Shown here in pieces: positions 50,447 through 61,493 of a DNA stretch of 64,000 nucleotides. Every line of letters begins with the position of its first letter. Positions within the stretch are counted from its first letter, which is position 1. Location: assembly GCA_030704615.1 (NCBI GenBank), contig CM060732.1, positions 22,072,001 through 22,136,000 on the forward strand. Direction: 5' to 3'. The notes under the pieces were generated by a model. The model was given only the letters and a program-made list of their open reading frames with translations. It searched no databases and was not told where the DNA came from. Source of the DNA: Takakia lepidozioides. Its lineage: Eukaryota > Plantae > Bryophyta. The position numbers and the translations under genes were made by a program.

Positions 50447-51283
50447 CCAGCAAATCCAAAACCCCACAATGTCATGAAATGGGAATCAAAGTTGAAAGAT
50501 GCATGGGCATTATTAGGGTGAGGAAAGAGCAGAGGTGGTCCCATGCAGGAGATTTGACCCCTGTGAATGTGGACTTCCTGGACTCCATCATACGCAGGAA
50601 GCTGACGTTTGCCATTTTCCGTTGGAACTACAGACCCACTACTCTGGAGACACAAAGTCCGGCTTCGTAAGGTCGTTTCCCTGCCCTGTGGTTAGTCCTT
50701 TCATCAGCTGTCACGGAAATCTGCTGGACCTCTATACGCACAATGCCATGATCTGCCTGTGGGCGATCAAGAACTGCCCCACCAGTCCCTGCAGGCCCTG
50801 ACCCGGAATCAACGGCAGCCGCAGCACCGGCAGACCCACCTGCCTCCGCAGTCTGTTTCCCTTTGTTTTTCTTCTTCCCACCCGCGGGGGTGGCCGTCTT
50901 TGCTGGCTCCTTCTTACTCAGTTGCGCAAGGAACCTAGCCTGCAACTCCTCATCTGTCCGGGGTGCGAAGGCATCTGCATTCTCATTCTGATTCCTCAAG
51001 ACGTTCTCCTCCCACGGAGTGGACTGCCGAGGGCAGTCGAGGTACCACCCGCAGTCGCTGTAATGTGCCCAACCCCAGTCCTTCACAATTCCCGCAGTGA
51101 ACATAGTGGTGTCATTGTCTGGGTTCGCCCATCCACGAATAAAGTCCGGATCATCACTGAGAGCCTTATCTGGAATAAGAACGAAGTGAAAGTACCTGCA
51201 TCCACACCAGTGTTCTTCCTCAGAGCATATATCCCCACAGACCACAAGAACTCACATGTTCACTGCATATTTGCAGACTACAC

Positions 51284-51753
51284 ATTAAGATGTCGTTGAC
51301 GACATCTTAAAATCCAGGAACTTGAACAGAAATTGAAGAGATACAGAACAACAGAAAACAGACATGCTCAACTGAACTATTTCCGAGAGCCCAAAGAACA
51401 GCCATTTAAGATGTCGTCAACGCCATCTTAAATCGACCCCTACGCACATGGTATTTTTTTGTTGTCTGAAGAAAAATGACTTGTTGGACTACAAAAGGAT
51501 GTCTTAAGATGTCGTTGACGACATCTTAAATTGCAGGAAGCACAACAAAACAATGAAGACTTGCAGATGAACAAGAAACAGATGTGTGCAACTGTTTAGT
51601 TTTGAAGAGCCCAAAGGGCACCGATTTAACGTGTCGTCAACGCCACCTTAAATCGACCCAGTTCATACATCGAATTCTTTGTGTAGTTTCGAAAAATTGC
51701 TATTTGCACTACAGACAATGCCTGTTTTAAGATGTCGTCAACGACATCTTAAT
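51284..51753. repeat. Five 28-bp palindromes in an intron, arranged as a ~220-bp two-site unit
   Basis: Copies near 51284, 51405, 51503, 51625 and 51726. The flanks GAGCCCAAAG...AAATCGACCC recur 220 bp apart. Confidence 0.9.
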
Positions 51754-53539
51754 GTAGTGCCATCAACATAAAAGGTAGTACCTGTACAGAACTTGTTTCA
51801 TTGCCTGCTCCCCGTTATACTGATGGTCAAAGTCCTGCGAGCGCAGTATTCCCCCTTCCTTCTCGAACTCACGGAAAAATGCATACTTCCACAGCTCTCT
51901 TCTCCATTTCCGAACGTATGACTGGAACTTGATGCTCGGAGTGGTCATTGTGATCTTGTAGTCCAGCAATGATTTCTCAAAAGTATCAATTGCCTGCTTC
52001 TCCATCCGCCACATTTTGAGTTAATCAACCTAAGAAACCATGTACTCATTGCTGGAACAGTCACAATGTTTTTATAGTCTCACCTGGCTCCAGAAGGTCG
52101 CTTTGTGCAACCAAGTGTCGAATGCGCGGTCGCTGACAGGTGTCACCACCCCAGTCTCAAGGTCCTTCATTGGTTTTGGGAAATTGTTTGTATCACGGAT
52201 GATCGGATCCGAGTTCCAGATTTCCAGCCACCTCACTTTCTGAGCAGGGTCAACCATGGAAATTGAAAGGCGGTGGAGCTTTTCTTGTGTCATCTCTGGC
52301 TTAGTGGGCTTGTTCCAGTGGATTTGAACCTGCTCCAGAAACCCCTTTCCCAATCCGGGGTCAGCGATTTGAATGTGTTTGTCGAACGCGCTCTTGAGGT
52401 TCTTCCTGCACGTATCCATGTCCGCCTTCATTTTTGCCTCCACCCCGTTTGCCGTTCTCTCATCCTCATCTGTAGTGGCGTAATACTCCAGCTTGGCTCG
52501 TTCTCCCGCTTCTGCTATTTCTTGCTGTGACACACCCATGTAACCCTCGTGAACAACAAAACCAAAGCAAAAACATGACATATCCATAATTCAAGAAGAA
52601 TGGCAGTCCGCACATAAACTCACCGCGTACAAGTAGTCGAGAAACACCTCCCTTGTCAGGTTGTACCAAGTCTCATTCTTTCTTGATCGTTTGGCACTTC
52701 TTCAGTGTGTCCGGGGACAAGACACTCGCAAACGTTTCCAATGGCATCACTCCTATGCTTTGCATACGAAAACAAGGAATGGACTATGTTAGTGGTGACA
52801 TGGGATGTCTCCGTCCCCCTGCAATGCGAATAGGTCAGTTGACAAAGATTAAAGATTGACAGAACAATGAAATTGGAGACAAGAAGTGGGCAAGACTCTT
52901 ACTTGTTGATATCGTGCATTGCAGTTAGAAGCTACGTGAACTTCCCCTCCGGATCGAGGACCATTGACTTAACCCGATAGTGCCACTCTTTGTTCTCCGC
53001 ATACATCTTGCTGATGTACTCCATCCAGGCCACCAAACGGTGGTTGCCATCCCAGACAAAGAACATTTTGTTCATGTACTGGACGTGTGCTGGGTTCTGT
53101 GAAAGCTCAATCTCAAACTCCGTATTCACTTCTTTCCAAAGCGGGTCCCAACTGTCCATTACATCGAGGTCCACCAATTTCTCAGATCCCTGGAGATCAG
53201 TCAGTGACACGTAAAACACAGCTGAACCCTTCAAGTACCCATGGATAAAATCCCCCTATAGCTTCTTGATGTCGTGGTGAAGGGCATGCCGAACTGCTGG
53301 CATAGAAATCATCCGGCACAGAGGAATGAAAAGAGTGTCGTCTTTCACTTCCATGGAGTTGATGACTTTCCTCGAGTTCACCTTGGTGGTGTACATAAGA
53401 GAGTGCACCTTGGCTTCATAGTTGGCGTCCACAACAACATCCCTGTCTTCAAGAACAACTGTTGCAGGCTGGCTTCCCCCGGCTTTCTTTCTCTTTTTCT
53501 GCAAAATGCAATGTGTTAGGACACACAAATCATGGCACG

Positions 53540-54772
53540 ATTAAGATGTCGTCAACGACAGCTTAATTTGCTGTTTTTCCAGGGTGATTTCCCAATGTTT
53601 GAGGGTCAATGCAGTGGTAGATTAAGGTGTCATTGATGACATCTTAATCTGTTGTAGGTCTAGAGTGTTGCAGAGGCAGATTAAGGTGTCGTTGGTGTCG
53701 TCAACGACACCTTAATCTGATGAAGTTTCAGAGTGATTTTCTCATTTTTTGGGTTCAATTCATTGGAGATTAAGATGTCGTCAACGACATCTTAATCTGC
53801 TACAGTTGTAGGGTGGTTTTCTCATGTTTTGAACTGAATGCAGGAGCAGATTAAGATGTCGTCAACGCCACCTTAATCTGCTGTAGTTGTAGGGTGTTTT
53901 TTGGATGTTTTATGTTGAATTCATTGGCAGATTAAGATGTCGTCAACGACAGCTTAATCAGCTGTTTTTCAAGGGTGATTTCTCCATGTTTGAGGTTCAA
54001 TGCAGTGGCAGATTAAGGTGTCGTTGACGACATCTTAATCTACTATAGTTCTAGAGTGTTCTAGAGTGATTTTCTGATGTGATGGGTTCACATCATTGGA
54101 GATTAAGATGTCGTCAACGACATCTTAATGTGCTACAGTTGTAGGGTGTTTTTCTCATATTTTGGACTGAATGCAGAAGCAAATTAAGATGTCGTCAACG
54201 CCACCTTAATCTGCTGTAGTTGTAGGATGTTTTTTGGATGTTCTAAGTTCAATTCATTGGCAGATTAAGATGTCGTCAATGACAGTTTAATCGACTGTTT
54301 TCCTACAGTGAATTCCCCATGTTTGAGGTTGACTACAGTGGCAGATTAAGCTGTCGTTGACAACAGCTTAATCTGCTATAGTTGTAGACTGTTTCTCCCA
54401 TGTTTGTTTTGATTGCAGAGGCAGATTAAGGTGTCGTTGACGACACCTTAATCTGCTGTAGTACTAGACTGTTTTCCCCATGTTTTGGGTTCAATTCATT
54501 GGTAGATTAAGATGTCGTCAACGACACCTTAATGCTATAGTTCTAGGGTGTTTTGCCCATATTTTTGTTCAATGGGGAGGCAGATTAAGATGTCGTCAAC
54601 GACATCTCAATCTGCTGTTTTTCAAGGTGATTTCCCCATTTTCGAAGTTGAATGCAGTGGCAGATTAAGCTGTCATCAACGAAAGCTTAATCTGTTGTAG
54701 TTCTTGGGTGTTTTCTCCCTGTTTTTGGTTGAACGCAGTGGTAGATTAAGGTGTTGTCAACGACACCTTAAT
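53540..54772. repeat. Tandem array of 16 palindromes with an ~81-bp period filling intron 54899-53499
   Basis: Starts at 53540, 53621, 53680, 53769, 53850, 53931, 54012, 54102, 54183, 54264, 54345, 54425, 54506, 54584, 54664, 54745. Consensus CAGATTAAGNTGTCGT(CA/TG)ACGACANCTTAATCTG. The spacers are mutually similar. Confidence 0.97.
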
Positions 54773-55206
54773 CTTCCTTCACTTTAACCTTCCTAAGTAA
54801 ACCATTGCCCGCAAAGGTGACCTTTTAGGTAGCGTTATCGACACCTCAATCTAACTCCTTTGTGTTGCAAAGACCATGGATTCGAATGTATGAACTAACC
54901 TTCCCTAGCTTCGTTCCTCCGCTGGAAGACCCGCCCCCCCCTGCACGCCTTCTGCCTTGCACCTGGCTCTTCTCCTTCACGGATTGCGGAGTCACTTGTG
55001 TGTTTTTCTGCTGCTCCTCAGTGCCTGTGGCCTGTCGTGGACACTGCATTATTTGCACCTCCTCCTCCTGAGCGACATGACCCTGCTCTGGCATGGTCTG
55101 CTCTTGAATTGCAGGATCCACAGATGAGATCGGACGCTGACTCTCCCAAGCCTTCTTCCGCTTTCTCTGCCAAAAAGCATAATGAAGGTAAGCATTGCAA
55201 GCTCAG

Positions 55207-55348
55207 ATTAAGGTGTCGTCAACGCCATCTTAATCATTTACATATTGCAGGCTGTTGCACTCATACAACGACAGCATTGGGCTCGCTAGAACGAAGAGCT
55301 CTGCCTCTCGGAGGTGGCAGATTAAGCTGTCGTCAACGATAGCTTAAT
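55207..55348. repeat. Two palindromes in intron 1 of the accessory gene
   Basis: Copies at 55207-55234 and 55321-55348, and a degenerate one near 55411. Confidence 0.9.
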
Positions 55349-56463
55349 CACCTTATTCTGGACTTGTTCAAAACCCTTGTGAAAGCAATGGTGGACATGA
55401 TGCGATGCCGTTTTAAGCTATCGTCAAAGTCATCTTCAAACAATCTCAAATGTATGTTTCTTACTGCTCTTCTTATCGCTATGAGTCAGGGAACAAGGTC
55501 ATGTAAAGCCAATGTGCTGCTGAACTCACCTGGATCAAACTCTGTCCACCGCTGGAAGTGTCTTCCTCTACCAGCCCGACGCTGCTTTCCACTTGAGCCT
55601 TCTCCTTCAACGGGCGAAAAGACAGCTGCATGGAGGAGGGCCGCCCCCTTGTCGGCAGGCCCCTCTGCGGACTTTGCTGTGTTGCCTCCTCCTCCGCAGG
55701 AGCACCGCTCTCCCTTTCGACTTCCTCCTCCTGTATCGGTTGCAATAGAGGCAGCTCCAACAGATCCTCGAGCTGCTTGTCCAGAATGGGCTCCTTCCCT
55801 GCCAGACTCTCCATCCCTTCGCCCACAGAACCCTCCCCCTCATGATCACTCCCTCCCTCTGACAAATTCAAAGCCCTCCTAGCTTTCTTCATCCTCTCTC
55901 TCGCTCTCAACCTCTTCCTAGCAGACGTGAAGTACAAAGACTGCCTTCTCGCTCTCTTCTTTCCAGAAACGCTCTCGTTCTTGGGATGCTCCAGTGTGGC
56001 GAGTCTGAAATGATGAACGCCAGAATGTAACCTCCGAAGACATCCCTCGGGAAAATGACAAAAGTCGATGGCGGTTAGGTTTTCATCCCTCCCTCTCAAG
56101 GAATGACTAATCATCCAAAAACGTAACGACTCATAATTGGGGTTTTCATTTTTCGGCGGGATGCTTGCGGGCTGTCTCGCAGAGAACTCGACACTTGTTG
56201 CCCTTGCAAGACACTTAAATATAGGCATGCCACGTATCCATGTTAGACATAAGGGGTTCGACCCACACCGCAGTCACTGAGGATGTGGCATCTGCAAAGT
56301 CGGCCGCAATTCTTGCCTGTCAGAATCATGTGTCCGGCGGTCTGTGATCTTACATTAATGGGATAAAATTCACCAGTATCTGTCAGAGTCAAAGCCGGCT
56401 ACTAAACAGCATGCAAAGAAATAATTTGCCTCAGCACCTTCAGTCGGTGGATCCACTGAGACA

Positions 56464-59400
56464 TTGTCAGGAAGTGGTTCGACGAATTTGGCCTTCCTGG
56501 TGTACTCTTGTCACCTACTTTCCACTGCCCACACTCCCGTGCTTGTTCATGCAATGTCTCTCAACTCCGACGTCGCTGTTTTCTACTCCAACGCGCAAGC
56601 GGAGTACCTGAGTGTCGTAGCCGACGTGAATGGGCTCGCCGTAGTTCAAGAAGACTTGCTTTGCGTGAAGAGGCAGGGACTGTACATGTAGTGAGAGAGG
56701 TGTATGACAAAGTGGGTAAGGTCGAGGGCACATGCGTTCAGAAACCACATTTGTCTGGCGGTCGGCGAGAGTGGAGAATTCCACCAGCAAGGTATCACGT
56801 TCATGGGGACTAAAGACGTCTGTCGGGAGGTTCCACAGTCACGCCCGGAACAACAGCTTCGGTGGCTCAGGTGCCCAAAACTCTGCCCATCAAAAGAGAG
56901 GAAACAACCTCCACCACATTTGTTGATATCTCCAATAGCTCAGAAGGGGACGTGTCGGAGCTCCCACCTCCTCCGAATCAACATCTGCGGGGGGACCCCG
57001 ATGTGCAAGAAATTGCAAGTGTCATTCCGAAGTTGCAGTCCTTGAGGGGGTTGCCAGGATGCAAGAGTGATGTGAGAGGCATTGACTGGGATACACAGCG
57101 AATCGTTAGAGCAAAATACCTACCCAATGAATTTAATGGTGATATCATTTTTGAGCTGCCACCAGCGACATCCTCTGGGGGATTGGCAGGACGAATGGCG
57201 GGTATGGACAAGAAGCACGATGGACATCCATGGTGTCGGACGAAAACTTCCAATATATGCAATCCGCATGGCTTGAAGTTCCGTAGATCGATTTGCCTTG
57301 GACACCTTCGTTGTCCAAATGCTTCTTGCCAACACTTCCAAATGGACGGTTCGGCAAACGAGACGGAATGGGAAGGTGTCAGCGACAACCCTTTCAAAGT
57401 AGGTTGTGCTTCTGCAAGCAGTAGTACTCTCGTTTGCAAGTTCTGTAAATTGGTCCCACAGTGCATCGCAGATTGCAATGCACGTATGTACTACGTGCTT
57501 CACAATTGCAGTTATCTCACAAGGGCATGTATCCATTTCGGCATTCATGCAAATCCGGTGTCCCGAGGACAGTGCAGAGAGAAAATTCATACAGTCCGTT
57601 CACTGCTTCAACACAAAATTCATAGTGCTCCTGGTGCATCGCCATCAGCCATTGCTCTGGCAGCAAGCAAAGGATTCCTACAAAAGTATTTGTTTGGGGA
57701 ATCGCAGGAGTCCACCACTAAATTTGACATTGCCTCCCTTGACGATGTTCTGGACCATTTCTCAACATTGAGTTCTCCGAATGTGCGAAATCAAATCAAC
57801 GTCCTAAGGGGGGGTGCTGCCAACACAGGCTTTATGGATAACATCCTAGAGTTAAAGCGTATAAGCCGATATGACTTCATTCAGGACAATGTTTTCCTGG
57901 GGCAAGGTGCCAGGAAAGTGTACTTATTCAAGATGTCCACAGTTGGTGAGGGATCGGGAGTTAGTCTCGTGCGAAGAATGCAGCCTGGTGGTGATCTTCA
58001 GAAATCCTGGGTTATGTTTGATCACGTGAAACGTGTGAAGGAATGGACGACCATGGCCTGTCATGTATACGATCCTGCAAACCAGAGAGTGATGACTGTT
58101 GTTGTTTGTGACATGCAGTCGGAGGACACAGAGTCACAAATTCTTATGTGGAAGTCCCTCATTAACGTCGTGACAGCTCATGGTGTCCCAGATCCAAACT
58201 TCACTGGGTTCATGGTTGACAGCGCTCAAGCGAATTGGAATGCTGTCCGTACAGTTTTTGGTTCAGGCGACCCCAAAGTACCAATGGAAGGCCGGGAACG
58301 CACTTGCCTCTTTCATTGGAGCCAGTCCCTACAACGCCACACAAAGAGTTCCATAAAACTGGAGTTGCGGGAGGAGCATATGAGACTATGCCGTCTGTAT
58401 AAAGATGCCACCTCCGAACAGGAAGCCAACTCTATGTTCCAGACTATTCGAGCATGGTGATACTCATCTGAGGCAGCCAGTCTGGATGGAATCAAAGAAC
58501 TGGAAGACTGGTTGGGGTTCTGGCACTTCAGATATAGACAGTGGGGTGCCTTCATGACAACTGTAAGTTAGTAGCGAATTAGCATGATTTTGCTTTATTC
58601 CTTCTCGTCGGGAGATATATCATGGAACGAACATGCCATCCAATCCAGTTCTTATGCTACTGTACATAATCATGCTTGTGTTGAATTGCAGAATATGTCA
58701 CTGGAGGACATTGCCGATATGCCCTCCTGCAATCTAGCGGAGACTGTGCATAGTCAGTGGATGGCACAATCCGGCAAAAACGGGAGGAACCTCTACGCTG
58801 CGACTGCAGATGACATGGTCCGGGCTGTTTCGCAACAAACAAGGTACCGAGACTTCCTGAGGAGACGGGGAGCTGGCAAAGGTCCAGACAGGGAAGAGTT
58901 GCTACTCAGGGCTGCAAATAGAGCGAAGCATCCCGCTAAAATGGCGCGTGCTGTGAATGAGTTCACAAATGGAACACCTTTGCAGTCCAGGCTCCCATCA
59001 GCATGACAAGGATAATTCCTCGTGTGCCTGTGCGGCCTCCGACATTCGAATCTGGCAGTCCCTTTGTCGGTGCCTGTCCTTTTGTTGTATACAATGCTTC
59101 ATATCCCTCTGCTCCAATGCGGGGAGAGGGAGAGATGACGCTGGCGGTGGAAGAGTCCGATTGTGTGGATGCAATATGGCACATTGAACGGACAGCCCAA
59201 GGATCAAAAGTTGGGTGTTCTGCTGTTAGGGCATTGTCCTTTGTGAAGTACACCAGCAAGATTTCTAGGGGCTGAGGCGGGACTCCTGCCCCGTCTTTCA
59301 CTGGTTTATTCAAACATTACGGTGCGCGAGAGTCCAGGCCTCACGTTTTGCCCTGATGACATTCAGCGTTGTGTGATGAGGACTTGTCGGGATTCAGTCC

Positions 59401-59996
59401 TCAGCAAGCCTCAAATTCCAGCCGTGTGGCCAGTGAAGTTGGGAACATGTCTGTCGAAGCAAGAAATTGAGATGCTGGAGGATGCCGGGTTTCGTCTTCC
59501 AAGAGGCCCAGTAGTCATAACACCAGTTTCATGTCGGGGTTCGCAATCCGCATTCCCCCCACGTCCACCACATGGGAACGACTGGCCTACGAAACGAAAT
59601 GGAAAACCGGTCCGTTGTGTTGAGGCAGGTCCCGAAAACGATTGCAAAATTGAGTCAGCAAGAAACCTGCAGTGTCGAGTGACCCAAGTTGTCAATGTCC
59701 CCCGTCCAGGCTATGGGCGGGTGTACAATATGGTGACATCGGGTTTTGTTGTTCACTACAGGACTTATGAGGTAACTGTTGGCAATTTTCCAAATTGCAC
59801 ATGCCTGGACTTCCAGAATACTTTATCAAGCTCTATTGGAAAGAAACCCAAATTTGTCCCGTGCAAATACCTATACTACATCTACATTCACATGATGTTT
59901 TGTGATCCTCACCGAGACATGTGCATTCACCAGTGTACAATGGGTCCCACTGACGTTCATACACTTCTGCAGCGTGATTGGATTACTGAAATGTGA
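56464..59996 (+). pseudogene. MULE (MuDRA-like) transposase: GCM-like Zn DNA-binding domain, DDE core, C-terminal SWIM finger (disrupted copy)
   Basis: ORF 56862-58460 has RRSICLGHLRCPNASC..CKFC..GIHANP (GCM-like), VMFDHVK, FMVDSAQANWNAVRTVF and CLFH. After the stop it continues WLGFWHFRYRQWG, then intron 58563-58691, then CNLAETVH (catalytic E). SWIM is YEVTVGNFPNCTCLDF..PCKYL. The 5' start is uncertain. Confidence 0.9.
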
Positions 59997-60126
59997 GGTG
60001 TTCAGAAGGAGTTGGATTCTTTGACAATGACTCCACTTTGTTCAATGTAATGTTTTTAACATGTTCTATTTCTGTTTTGGCTGAATATGTTTCGGTTTGT
60101 TTGTTTTGGGGTTGGTGGTTTTTCCA

Positions 60127-60482
60127 ATTAAAATGTCGTTGATGACACCTTAATCCACCCATCTGCACACGCACTGCCTTCGTACCTTTGTTGGATTCAT
60201 ATTTTTTGGGTTATTTGGGTTTTTGGATGAATTGAAATGTCGCAAAAGGTGGTGGGAAATAAGATGTCGTTGACGACACCTTAATTCCTCCAACCTGCAC
60301 ATGCACCGCCGTGAAAGTTTTGTTCAGGTGGTCGGAATTAAGATGTCGTTGACGACATCTTAATCCCCCCGACCTGCACACGCACCGCCTTCAAAATTCT
60401 GTTGAGGTTGTTGGAATTAAGATGTCGTTGACGACACCTTAATCCCCCCTGCACACGCACCGCCTTCAACGCTTTTCTGGAT

Positions 60483-60515
<33 letters not shown>

Positions 60516-60843
60516 GTTTTTCCATGAACTGTCATATCGCAACAGGTTGTGGGAATTAAGATGTCGTTGACGACACCTTAATCGCCCCGACCTGCACACG
60601 CACCGCCTTCAAAGGTTTGTTGGATTTCTGTTTTTTCCATTTTTGGGCCATAATCTAAAAAGACATGTGGCAGCAGCTGGTGGGATTTAAGATGTCGTTG
60701 ACGACACCTTAATCGCCGCGACCTGCACAAGTGTCGGCTTTGTAGTTTTGTTGGATTCAAATTTTCTGGTTTTTTGGGATTTTCCATGAAATGTTTGTGG
60801 CAACAAGAGGTGGGAATTAAGATGTCGTTGACGACACCTTAAT
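60127..60843. repeat. Array of 7 palindromes downstream of the transposase (79-139-bp units)
   Basis: Copies at 60127, 60258, 60337, 60416, 60555, 60686 and 60816, all with a TG centre and mostly followed by CCTGCACACGCACCGCC. Confidence 0.95.
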
Positions 60844-61493
60844 CCCCACCTGGACACACACCGCCTTCAATGTTTTTTTGGACTCAATTTTTTGGGTTCA
60901 TTGTTTTTGGAGAAATGTTTCTGCGATTTGGTTTTGTCCTCTACTTCTCATGTTCTATCCTCCTCCCTCCTCTGCAGCCCCACCCCCATCAGAAGAGTCC
61001 ATAGGTAACTCAAATTTACTCCTGTATGTAATTGTCTTGTAACTTCAGCAGTTTCCTTCAAGTTCCCTCAAAGTAAGTATTGCCAGGATCAGCCGACAAA
61101 TCTGAAATTCAGGACACACTCGAGATGCAATTGCTCCACGTGAAACAAAAACGAAGTCATGGTTCATCCATTTTGCTCATTTCTCATCCAATAGTCATCC
61201 ACCATTCATCCTTTCCACTATTCATTCATCCTGAAACCATTCATTCGTCGGCTTTTTCATCGCACATTCATACCATACGGTCGTCGTGGAGCTTGGATTG
61301 TCCTGTCGGATGGGGTGTGCATGCGTCCATGCATTTGTCCACGGCAATAGGCCCTCTTCTTCCCTCGGTTGTAGGCTCCCATTCACTAATCTGCTCACGC
61401 TTTGAATCTGCTCACGCTTTAGGGATCCTGCTCACGTTTTCCACTTTAAGCGTGAGCGTGCTCACGTGAGCTGCTCACACGGTAGCTGCCCTC

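Larger units (their letters stand above)
48965..55892 (-). pseudogene. Spliced transposon accessory gene: acidic/basic N-terminus + ParB/Srx-like domain + unknown middle + beta-class N4/N6 DNA methyltransferase-like domain (disrupted copy)
   Basis: Predicted GT-AG exons: 55892-55530, 55166-54900, 53498-52903, ~52818-52624, ~52546-52085, ~52030-51782, ~51195-50500, 50339-50001, 49913-49628, 49532-~49340, ~49214-48965. ParB-like FFVWDGNHRLVAW (DGNHR at 53037-53051) and TAMHDINK. MTase ADLVIFDIPD, FCNKFLSDAGGLLLF, EKSPAFMQTFIETCSRHGGKVVDLSMGTG|ASFHACKCAGRHLFGFERDEELY. In-frame TAG stops at 53256, 52932, 50628 and 50304, plus frameshifts. That all exons form one transcript is inferred. Confidence 0.8.
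48470..61493. mobile_element. 13,024-bp Mutator-like (MULE) DNA transposon with short TIRs, nested in the L1 LINE
   Basis: 9-bp TSD AAGATGACG (48461-48469) / AAGATGAAG (61494-61502). TIRs GGGGGATGCTATTGTGTGAGCAG vs GAGGGCAGCTACCGTGTGAGCAG match at 18/23. Removing the element and one TSD restores the LINE frame AALQALHL-FCMVSGLRVNW. It encodes a MULE transposase. Confidence 0.93.

Noticed and set aside
53540-54772. CRISPR array (palindromic 28-bp repeats, regular ~53-bp spacers)
   Set aside because: Spacers are homologous to one another, repeat orientation flips, no cas genes are present, and the array lies in a spliceosomal intron of a eukaryotic transposon.
48965-55892. Bacterial or phage contamination explaining the ParB and MTase motifs
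   Set aside because: Motifs are split by GT-AG introns (one inside the SAM-binding motif), and the segment is bounded by TIRs and a TSD within a plant LINE.
54480-60787. Small ORFs with a repeated RLRCRQRHLN peptide
   Set aside because: These are simply translations of the DNA palindrome, appearing on both strands in non-coding arrays.
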